From contig OZ037768.1 in the NCBI GenBank assembly GCA_964035545.1, positions 23,345,319 through 23,409,318 of the forward strand: a DNA stretch of 64,000 nucleotides. The letters are read 5' to 3'. The notes under the pieces were generated by a model that worked only from the letters and a program-made list of their open reading frames with translations, had not been told where the DNA came from and ran no database searches. A program made the position numbers and the translations under genes. Shown here in pieces: positions 1 to 12,200 of the stretch. Every line of letters begins with the position of its first letter. Position 1 is the first letter of the stretch. This DNA is from Bugula neritina (lineage: Eukaryota; Animalia; Bryozoa).

Positions 1-976
1 TATCGCCCTAAACCATACGATGTCTTAATTCCTTAACACTCCTGCAGTTCTTAATTCACACTGCCACACAAAAATAACAAAGCAGCAAACTTCTTAAAAG
101 ATACCCTGGAAGTCAATATATAATACAACATACTTAAAAGCATTCCAAAGTAGGCAAATTATACTTCTTCAAAACTCTAAAGAAAGTGATCTGGCAAACT
201 TTACCAAATCAATGCCTTATTGAATGGCACCATACACTAAAACACATTGAACTGCTAAGATAATTCAAAGTTTAAAACCGCAGCAGCACATACAGATTCA
301 AAGCTATCTTTTACTTACTTCTGATGAGATTGACAACATTTTCCACTGCCGAGAAAACAACAGAATTAAGCATATTGAACCAAATTCATGCTTCAGGTTT
401 TTATAAGAATTGGTATCCATCTATATAATCAAAAACTTGTGATAATTACAAGTTATTCTACTAGAAACTTAAAACTTTGACAAGTATAAATTCAAAATCT
501 GCATGACGTTATACCTGGTTATCATGTCTAAGTTGAGCTTCTATCTTCCTTCTACTGCTACTCAGTTCAGTCCAAACAGTTCCAACTTCTCTCTCCATGT
601 GTCTGTTGAGTTCTTCACTGACTTTCTTTCTGTTAGCTAAGAATTCTTCCTCAAGCTGGTCATACTTGACTTTTATAGCAGCCAACTAAACCAGAAGTTT
701 ACATAATATATAGCAAGTGGCCAACCGATGATTAAAAGTAGGTAAAAGTTTACGAAACTTGACGTTAGAAATAATTTCTCTAGTTACTTGTATTACCTAT
801 TATTAACCTATTATTAACCTAGTATTAACCTAGTATTAACCTGCTATTATCATTTTACACAAAATTCCAGCTAGTTAAGCCAACAAGGTTATTGCTCAAC
901 TTAACATAGGTGTAATACAAGTCAAATCTATTTCTCGTTTTAGGTAACCAGAAATGAAGCAAAGACTTTTTAAAAG

Positions 977-1012
977 TATATATATATATATACATATATA
1001 TACATATATATA

Positions 1013-1072
<60 letters not shown>
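977..1072. repeat. Compound (TA)n/(CA)n microsatellite
   Basis: Directly visible; source of spurious YIYI/HTHT ORFs. Confidence 0.95.
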
Positions 1073-1073
<1 letters not shown>

Positions 1074-1109
1074 GCAAACAGTCACCTGTTGATCACGTTG
1101 AGTGTGAAG

Positions 1110-2930
1110 CAGGGATGTAGTGGTACCCATACGGTCCCATACGCCGTATGGCCTAGAAGAAAATAGACTGTTCTAGGCCATACGCCCGTATGGGCATAAT
1201 ATTTTTGAAAGATGATTAGTGCACAGGGTAGTTAGGGCATCCTCACTGAGAATATCATAAATTTCGCTCACAATCTAGTTTAAGTTCCTGTTATGTTGAT
1301 GCTATGTGGGTGGCATGCGTGTTGCCTACTTGTGATTGTTTAGCCTGAGATTACACTATGAATAATAAGAGCTATCAACATTCAGTCTTCTCATCTTTAG
1401 GCTACGTGTTCACTGAAGCGCGAAGTGCTGTGCATTGGTGATTACTATAAGGAAAAAATCTTTCATTTTCAGTGTATAAATCACTAACTTGTAGAAAATC
1501 TATGAAGGCTATTGACAAGATTGAACAAAAAATTTACCATGCATAAATTTCTCAGGTTTCCGACAGTGTTTGTTCTATTCAAATACCATGCTTTCCCGCT
1601 GAGATATTTGGCAGGGATTGAAAAATAAATTTTTCAGGTAAAATTGGCCAAAAATGGGTAGATTTTTGTCGATAACTTTGCAAAAAAATATTGAAAACTC
1701 AAAAAACAGGTGCTCTGAGGAACAGGAAGATCTAAAACATGGTTTTTAAATTTTAATTCTAGCACAATTAAGTGAGGTTTTATTTGGCAGGACTGAATTC
1801 TTATAATATACTAATAATGTGGCCTCAGCAAGGCAGTGACAGCTAGAAGGTGGCCCTTATCTATCATGTGTGAACTTGCATTTTGTCAATAAGCAATGGA
1901 ATTTGGAAAAAACCAACATGAAATCCAGAAATAAAATCAAAATGTCTTCAAGAAACAGTACCAGGTGTGTAGGAGAGGCTAATGAAAATTTATCACTGAG
2001 GTCTACAGGTACTATATCCACATTTTGGTCAAAAACCTAGCATTATTGCATGTTAATTATCAATGCAATAAGGTTTTGCAAACTGTACACCACCATAAGT
2101 AACCTTTTATGTTTGATTGTACTAACGCCTGGCTTTACATTTAATCCTCTTCTAGGTTAACACATATTAAACCTGTCAAATTTATTCTTTTGGGGTATAT
2201 TTCCTTGATGTATCTAGTGGAAGCTCAGGGGTTTTATTTTAAAACCAAGTTAACATACTTTTCTTGCGGTGTGCTTTATATTGTGTGTAAGGAGGTGTGG
2301 CGGTATCACCTTATGGATTAAACTAGTACTCTAATAAACTCCAAATAGGTTTTCAACCAATTTCTGCTTGCCAATGAGTTATCAACTCAAATTGCTCTTT
2401 ATAATTAACCAACACACATTTTCTGATTAGCAATCTTCCTCTGTTCTGATCTATTATTCTTTTTCTGTGCACAGCACTGTATTAGTTATTTAAAGTAATC
2501 AGGTTGCATTTGGAGAGCACTTGTTACCTGCCTCTATCCTTCCATCTTTTTGAGATATTCAGCAATTTTTCTGTACAGGTTGGACTTAGTGTCAGAATAA
2601 ACCTAACTGCAGTTGAGTAAGACTACATTACATTACATTACAGTCAACAGGTATAGGACAAGACTGAATATTTATATAGTTTGCAGCAATGCCCAGTCGT
2701 CATGTAGCTGGTATGGTATGAAAATAATAGCGAGGTGCACATTTCAACACATATTTTTTTCAGAAGAATTATAATTCACAATGGCTTTAAATTGCATAAA
2801 TTTGCATCAGAAGTGCTCTGAGGGCTTCGGTGGCTGGGGCGCTGCCCCGGGCCCCGCCGGGGGCCTGGGCGGCCCCCTGGACCCCCGGCCTGAGAGTATG
2901 GCCAAGAATATTTTTACCACTACAACCCTG
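1110..2930. mobile_element. Non-autonomous hAT-type DNA transposon (1821 bp) inserted in exon 4 of TRIM copy A
   Basis: 16-bp TIRs CAGGGATGTAGTGGTA / TACCACTACAACCCTG (1 mismatch). 8-bp TSD GTGTGAAG at 1102-1109 and 2931-2938. Removing the element and one TSD restores the exon seen in paralogues (...MLHTQRDQQ). No intact transposase ORF. Confidence 0.9.
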
Positions 2931-3196
2931 GTGTGAAGCATTTCCAACAAACAGCTGGTTTCAGTATCAAAGTCCGATACAGTTTTTGATATTTGTTTAA
3001 AGAAGACAGACATCTTCTCCTCTGCAGCAACTAGTGTATTTGTATCTGTGAGATGTCTAATCAGTTCATCCAAGCTCACCACCTCATGTGCTAAACCTGT
3101 ATAGTTATACAGTTATATTGAGAACAATGAGTCTAGTACTCTTTCACTTTGGTATATTTACTATAGGTACTAGTATAGCAAGTTACTATAACAACT

Positions 3197-4224
<1,028 letters not shown>

Positions 4225-6213
4225 GTCCACTTGGGTACAACAGTCACAGTGAAATTAAAATAACTACCACAGTGGTGAGAGATACTTACCACCAACGCAA
4301 GAGGTGTTCTCAGGAACACACATGAGACAGAATATCTGAACACAATCTTTACACCCTGTTGTGTAAGGATGTCCTTTATGTTTAGAACAAGATTTTCTTT
4401 TCAGTCTTTTAGCTTGTATTCTGTAGTCAAAAATGGCCATCTTTTGGTGGTCATCAAACATGACATCGTGATGCTAAAAAGTAAATATTGAAACTCGTCT
4501 TAATGTTTCTAATTAAATGCTTAATTTTGAAAACTGAAAAATTTACGTTGTATTCTAAAATTTATAATGATATAATGATATAGAATAAAACGAGAGAATT
4601 ACCTCTTCGTGTTTTCTGCAGAAGAGTTTACGACACACGGTACAGTAGATTACTGCTGGTACATTCTGTTTTCCTTTCTTCATACAGACGTCACAAGGTG
4701 TGGAGTTATCTTCCATGTTAGCAGAGGGTAAACTCTCTATACTCTCATTACATATCACTCTGAGATATACAACACAACATACATTATACTTACACTATAT
4801 GTGTGTATATATGATAGAAACTGTGTTAACAGCTATTTATAGCATAAAATATTCATATCAAGTGTCTACACCTACTACCTAATACTTTACATCTTATAAG
4901 ACAATCACCAAAGCTAGACTTATTTTGCTATGAAATTCAGCTATGTACAGTATACTGGTGAAGTAGGTTGTTAGAATATAACTCACCCACACCAAGGACA
5001 TCTCAGCATATTGTTAACACCAAAATCACCATTAAGGCAAGGTAAACAGTGAACATGACCACAGGGTAGAGATTTGGGATCTTCCAAACCTTCTTGAAGA
5101 AAACAAAACCCACACTGAGTCTGTCCATCTGCTCCAGCTTCAGCCATGTTTGATATAAATGTTAAGGGATTGAGACGTGTTTTGTAATTAATATTTTATA
5201 CACCTGTGATGAATTATAATACAAACTAGTCATATGACATTATAATCATTGCTATTCATGTTTATTGTTATCCTCAAACAATTGTGCATTAGGCCCAACT
5301 TGTAGTTATGTCTAGTGGGTTGTATAACTTTTTAAAAGTTGCTAAGCAATTACCTAAGGAACCTAATGCGCGTGTTATGAATAGCTGCATGATTGTTTAA
5401 CCTTAACACATCAAGGAGACAATGCACACATATATAAAACACTTGAAGAATCAATATTAGCAAAACGTAAGGCTATGATATTTCTAGATCGTAGGCTGTG
5501 AACAGCCTTAGTAATCTTGTGCAGCAAAACACTTGCAAACAGCTAATAACCTGATGAAATGATTATTGTGCAATTCTTTACATCTATTATTTGACTTCAA
5601 GTGATGAATAACACTTTGCTAATAACATAATTTATAAAATTCACCTTTCTAATTACTATTGAACTTTGATACCTAACTATAAGTTTAGAAGAGATTTTCA
5701 AAGTATGTTATTTTATTCTGGCTCTACACAACCTGGGTGTTTCATAAATATGATGTCTGGTAAAAATGGTGCACGTATAAAATGGCACAATTGGGAAACT
5801 AAGAGAGAGTCAATAGATGTCATTGTATAAACAAGCTGTTGCTATGGCAACCAGACTGAGACATAGCTTTAACTTTAGCCAATGTTTACTTTATAAGTGC
5901 ATATATAATATGTATATTGCCTAGCAATCAGCTATTCATAGTTTTTACAGAAGCACAGTGTGTTAAGTTCTTTAGGCTGTTGCTTAGCAACTTTTAAAGA
6001 GTCACAACTCACTAGCCGTAACTGGTTTGTACCTCGGCTATTCAAGTTTATTTTTATATTCAAAAAATACAAGTTGATCTTAATGCGTAATTGTTTGATG
6101 ATGACAATAAACATGAATAGCAATGATTATAATGTCATATGACTAGTTTATATTATAATCTGCCACTGGTGTCTAAAGACGCTCCCAATCCTATTTTGAT
6201 TTCTATATCAAAC

Positions 6214-9200
6214 ATGGCTGAAGCTGGAGCAGATGGACAGACTCAGTGTGGGTTTTGTTTTCTTCAAGAAGGTTTGGAAGATCCCAAATCTCTACCCTGT
6301 GGTCATGTTCACTGTTTACCTTGCCTTAATGGTGATTTTGGTGTTAACAATATGCTGAGATGTCCTTGGTGTAGGTGAGTTATATTCTAACAACCTATTT
6401 CACCAGTTTATACTGTTGATAGATGAATATTATAGCAAAATAATTCTAGCTTTTAAGGTTGTTATCTTAATATGTAAAGTATTGTAGTGAGTCATGCAAA
6501 GTACAAATACGGGAATCGCCCTCTCTCTATTCTGGGAATACTAAGACCCTTATGTAGCAACCAATTAGCAGCACCGGAAGATATGCTTCCGACTCACGTG
6601 ACACTTCCCGGGTTATTAACAATTTATCACGTTGTTGTAAGCGGAGACTTGAAGGAGAAACATGTATTAGTAGTTGACTGATGCATAGGATAATTTGATG
6701 TGATGTTTATTTTATGCTTTATTGTGGATAATAAATATAATTACTCGACAGCTACCCTAGTAATTGCTAGCAGAATAACCAACTAACTATACGCAAGTAG
6801 ATAACTCACGCACAGTAATTGCACGAATTACTACAGTGGTGGCAGCGGTGGGATCTTGCGTATAGCAGTCATGGCAGAAGACGGCACGGAGCTACCCATT
6901 CCACTGAATGAAGGTGAGAGAGATAATGTTGATATACCTGTGGAACCAGTGGTGTTAGAAGAAGAAGTGAGAATTCCTAGAGAGCATGGTGAAGACAGAT
7001 ACCGGCTGAAGGCGCCCACCTTCACAGGCGAAGAAGCAGTGGAGCAGTTTATCCAAGAATTCCAAGATGTGATGGAGATTGCACAGTGGCCGCCAAGGGT
7101 GGCGTTGCTCAAGCTCAGGATGGCGCTGACGGACAAGGCTAAGCCGTACGGAGCGGGACCTGACATAGACGGAATCTTTGCTTCTCTGCGGGCCCGCTTT
7201 GGCATCTCCCCCATAGATGCGCGGGCCCGTCTACAAAGGCTGCGGCGTGATCCTCACACGTCGCTACAAGAGCACGCTGCCACGGTGTACCCACTAGCGC
7301 AGATCGCGTTCTGCGATCTGCCTCCAGTACACCGTGAGAGGTATACTTATGATGCCTTCGTGCAGTCCATCAACGACTTGGGGCTCCACCATCAATTCCA
7401 AGCGAGGGGAGTCACCACGGTCGAAGATGCACTTGCGGTGGCAGAAGCCTACCTCATGGCGACTCATATGCACCGCAACCGCGTGGCCTCCCGCCAGGTG
7501 ACCACGGAGCACACTACTGCTCATACCGAACCAAACGCGGAACCCTCCGCGGTGGCTAATGTGAACCAGATGTCACTAGCATCAAAAGTCGCACAGATGA
7601 CTGACATGCTAGATAAACTGGTCGCCACATTAGCTCCCCCAAGCCAGGTAGATACCGCCCGTGAGCCTTGCGGGCCGCAGGTACAATCACCAGGCATGGG
7701 GCACAACTTCTGCTGGGGATGCGGAAGGCCAGGACATTTCCAGAGGAACTGCCCTCAACTCCAACAAGGGTTAAACTACCACGGCCCGCAGATGTTCCCA
7801 CCTCTTGCGGGCCGTCTGTAAATCACCCAGAGAGGCCCGCGCGTCTGCCGCCCCGCTGGGCGCCGCGCGGAGATGCTGTGAAGTGGCGACCCCCGCGGCA
7901 AGTAGGCTCAAGCCACTCGCTGCCTGGGTCCTCTACGCCACTCCAACACCAACACGGAGCCGGCAGACGGTTGACCTCAGAGCCTGCGAGGGAAACGGTA
8001 CAGGCGCCGCAAGGCGTACCGCCCCAACCTCGGCAGCTGGTCAATAGTCGTCGCCAACCGTGGACCCCTCGACCCACAGCGAGGGAGGTGCAACCACGGC
8101 ACACACAGCTGCAGCCACACGGAAGTAGCTACTTCCTGCCAGGAAAGCTAGCCGGCAAGCCTGCCAACTTCCTCCTGGACTCAGGCTGCACCACCAACCT
8201 CCTTAGCCGTCAATTCTTTGACACCCTCAGCGCTAAGGTCAAGGACGGGTTGGCACCGTATGAGGGGATCATGGCACCCTGGCAGACGGGTCGTGCATTC
8301 CCTTCTATGGCATTATTGAGCTGACTGGTTACGTCCGTAACCAGGCCATCCAAGAGACGTTTATCGTTGGGCAGCTCAACGAGGACGCTATCCTCGGGAT
8401 GCCATTCTTACAATGACACGGATGTCGCATCGATTTCAGTAAATCTGCGATGATCATGGGTGACAGGGAGCTCGCTTGTGTCGATAAGTTTGGTCGTCCT
8501 CTAGCGGGAGCAGTGCAGGTAGTACGGAGCTGTACTATACCAGGCCACTTCCGGGCTACCGTCCGCTGCAAGGTAGACGGTGGCCAAACCTCTAAGTTGG
8601 GAGTTGTCGAAAGTACGCACTCGAGGGTCCAACTTGCCCATAGCTTTAGCCGGCTTACGGGACAAGGAGAGATCTCAGTGCAGTGTGTCAACCCCTCCTC
8701 AGAGACAGTAGACCTACCACCCAGGTCCATGCTGGGCCGCTTCCATCCTGTCCAGGAGGAAGCCATTGGGCCGCCGTCGGGAGCTACGACGGAAGGTCCT
8801 CAGCAGAGCCCGTCTCAAGGGCGGAGGACCGTCCCAACCTACGCCTCCCATCCTCCAGGGACGCGTGGCTGCACAGGCAACGGAAAGCGCCAGGCTATGG
8901 CTAGGTTGCCACATGGGTACAGTGAGGCGTTCCGCCACACAGACCACGACGCCCGCCTAAATAGAGCAGGCTGTCGTGAGGTACCACGGGCGGCGAAGAC
9001 CGCCCCTGCTCAACAACTCCAACAGAGGGCTGACATGCCCCCGGAGGCTGTCCAGAGCCTCCGCGCCAAACCTGTATGGGCTGGTAACGTTAGGGAGCTG
9101 CCGAAGCTCCAGGAAAGCCTTCCTGGGGTGGTAGCCGACGTGTACCGAGCGAAACAGGAAGGGCGACGACCCAGTAGTAAACAACGGCGACAGGGATGCG

Positions 9201-12200
9201 CCGAATTACGGCTGTACTGTCAACGTTGGAACTCTCTGCGGGTTGGGCCAGATGGTCTGCTGACCATGACCTTGGCCGCCAACAGCAGACAGCCAGCCAG
9301 GAAGAGGGTCGTCTGCCCAGCTGCCATCCGCCGGGAGTTGATACAAGACACCCACGAGAAGACTCACGGAGGAGTCCAAGGGGTGGTCACCAAGTTACAA
9401 CTCCGGTGGTACTGGCCCAACATGGAGCGGGATATCCGGCGCAGAGTGAGACGGTGCAAAGTCTGCCAGACCAACAAGCATAGCCGTCTCCCTGGTAAAG
9501 CGGGGCGGCAGACGCATTGTGCGAGGAGGTCTTGGCAAGCGGAGACTGTCGTCCCGGCCGGAAACATCTCCATGATACCTCAGGAAGACTTGGCGAGGCG
9601 AGAAAGGCCACTTCCGTCCTTGAAAGTGCGCCCACCACCCCCAACGTCAAGCCTGCCATCACCACCACTTCCGGGACCAGAAACGGGTCCGGAAGTGCAA
9701 AAACCCCCCGTGGGAGGGGCTCCGCAAGGAGATACCAACGTAGGAGCGACCGTCACAAACAGGCTGGAAAAACCACCCGTGAGACATAAAAATCCACGGG
9801 TGAGCACACCGCCTCCCACAGTGACGACGCCTCCAGGACCACACACTAGGCAACTTTCAGCGTGTCTCAGAGACTGTGTACGTGACCGCGGTATAAGCGG
9901 CAGTAACGAAAGTCTAGAGAGGCCTCGCATGGGAAAACAGGCAAAGAGACGTGGGAGTTGTGAACACCACGGAAATCTCAACTTTTGTCTCGGCGGAATC
10001 TCACACGAGATTCATCCGCTGGAAGTGAAAAGCCCTAGTCACGTTTCACAACCACGCTGTCCGGTCTTTTCCTATGTTGATGCAGTCAAGAGTAGACGTG
10101 CCACTAAACAGTAATCATTTACCGCTCTCATTCCAAAATGTCTTACTATTCTGGATTGAAGGGTGAGTTAATTATGTTTTTGGTACGATAACTAGACTGC
10201 ATCAGTCAGCTTTAGCTACATTAGCTAGCGAGCTGGAGATTCGATAATGATAAACAGTGGTGGGAATACACGTCGACTTTGATTTTAAATAATCTGCCAT
10301 AGCGAGTGTGTTCTCCATCAACTATTCATTAGCCTGAATCTCACGAGTGTAACTGAACAGGCTGTACACGCCGACGGTACCTCAGTGTATAATCTTTAAC
10401 ACTGCTACTCTTTCAGATCACACTCGAGTGACTACCTCCCGGTCACGGGACCAGCCAACCTCTCTGCCTATGGAAGAGGAACCTGTAATGGAGAATGGCT
10501 TACCCGTGGTGCTTCGTCGACGACACCGCTAGGTGTCACCCATGACGGAAAGGAGAATTGAGGAAGCCTGGGAACCCAGCGGACCCCACCGGACCTGCCA
10601 GGTCTGCTTCGAGGAGTGCCCGTCACACCGCTCCCTGCGTCTGCATGTAGACGCCCATTTTCTACTCCACTTCTGCCCATGCGGGTTCCACGATGTATAC
10701 CCGTATCCTGTGACAGTCCATAAGCTGAGCTGCTTCGCCGGAGAGAACCATACTGTTGATGAGGACAGTTTCCCCCAATACCTGGATGCCATCAAGCCAG
10801 TCATCAAGAAGGCTATCACCCTGGCCGCACTAGCGTCAGGGTTCCAAGTACTGCTGTTATCCGCCCGCCATAAGTCCCCTATGGTTCAGGGCCCATCTCC
10901 TACCCCCGTCAACCCTAGCAACACCCCCGAATTAGAAGGAACAACAATACCCCCTCTAACAGAGCCTACTACAACCCCGCCAAGGCGTAGCCAGCTGGCT
11001 AATGTAGAAGAGCGGCTTGTAAGACTACAAGCCGAGTTCACACAACTTGCCCCTGACTTGCTGGATACGACGACAGGTCTATACCAGTTGAAGGACTCAG
11101 TGGGGCGACTGAAGAGGCGGCTACGTGCCCGACAGGCTCGACACAGAGCACGCTCGCTACAAGAGTCAGAGTCCACCCAATGAGTATGCCTGGGGTAGGC
11201 ACCTTTCGTTGAGCTGTATTTCGTCTGGAAAGTGACGAGTGCTCCGACATTGGCCCGCGTGCTGGTAAGCACCCTCTCTCTTATATATAGCTGACTAGAT
11301 GTGTGTGTTCGATCACCCTGTTTACTTCTGTATATAAATGTTGTCGTGCTCAACTATTTCTCTTCTCCCTTTTTGTGGGTTTACTTATGTATGTTTTTCT
11401 TTTTGGATTATTGTATTGTTTTTCTTTATGTGTTTTTTTTTGTATTGTGTTATCAGAAAGTAGGGCTTTCCGCTGGGGGGGGCGGTGTAGTGAGTCATGC
11501 AAAGTACAAATACGGGAATCGCCCTCTCTCTATTCTGGGAATACTAAGACCCTTATGTAGCAACCAATTAGCAGCACCGGAAGATATGCTTCCGACTCAC
11601 GTGACACTTCCCGGGTTATTAACAATTTATCACGTTGTTGTAAGCGGAGGCTTGAAGGAGAAACATGTATTAGTAGTTGACTGATGCATAGGATAATTTG
11701 ATGTGATGTTTATTTTATGCTTTATTGTGGATAATAAATATAATTACTCGACAGCTACCCTAGTAATTGCTAGCAGAATAACCAACTAACTATACGCAAG
11801 TAGATAACTCACGCACAGTAATTGCACGAATTACTACAGTATTAGATTTTGAGTGTAGAGAGTTGAAACTGTAATGAATATATTATGTTATGAATAGCTG
11901 TTAACACAGTTCCTGCCATACATATATCAGTATAATGTATGCTGTGTTCTGTTTCTCAGAGTGGTATGTAATGTGAGTACAGAGAGTCTACCTTCTGCTA
12001 ACATGGGAGATAACTCCACACCTTGTGACGTCTGTATGAAGAAAGGAGAACAGGATGTACCAGCAGTAATCTACTGTACTGTGTGTCGTAAACTCTTCTG
12101 CAAAAACCATGAAGAGGTAATTTCCCATTTGATTCTATTCTTGCATTATATTTTTTAAAGTACCATGTAAGGTTTCAGTTTTCAAAATTAAACTCACCAG

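Larger units (their letters stand above)
6483..11838 (+). mobile_element. Young non-autonomous Ty3/Gypsy-type LTR retrotransposon (5356 bp) in intron 1 of copy B
   Basis: Two 353-bp LTRs (TGTAGT...ACTACA), 4-bp TSD GTAT (6479-6482, 11839-11842), PBS, G-rich PPT, gag with CCHC knuckle, protease DSG motif and integrase HHCC zinc-binding region. The empty site AAAGTATTAGATTTT is present in copy D intron 1 (about 55367). Confidence 0.96.

Noticed and set aside
6487-6681. 64-aa ORF repeated at the end of 11301-11684
   Set aside because: Lies within the LTRs; the duplication reflects the LTR, with no protein features.
10542-11183. ORF3 as an envelope gene
   Set aside because: No signal peptide, furin site/fusion peptide arrangement or C-terminal TM anchor; zinc fingers instead.
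6831-11353. Many overlapping antisense and alternate-frame ORFs
   Set aside because: Expected shadows in GC-rich gag/pol sequence; no motifs.
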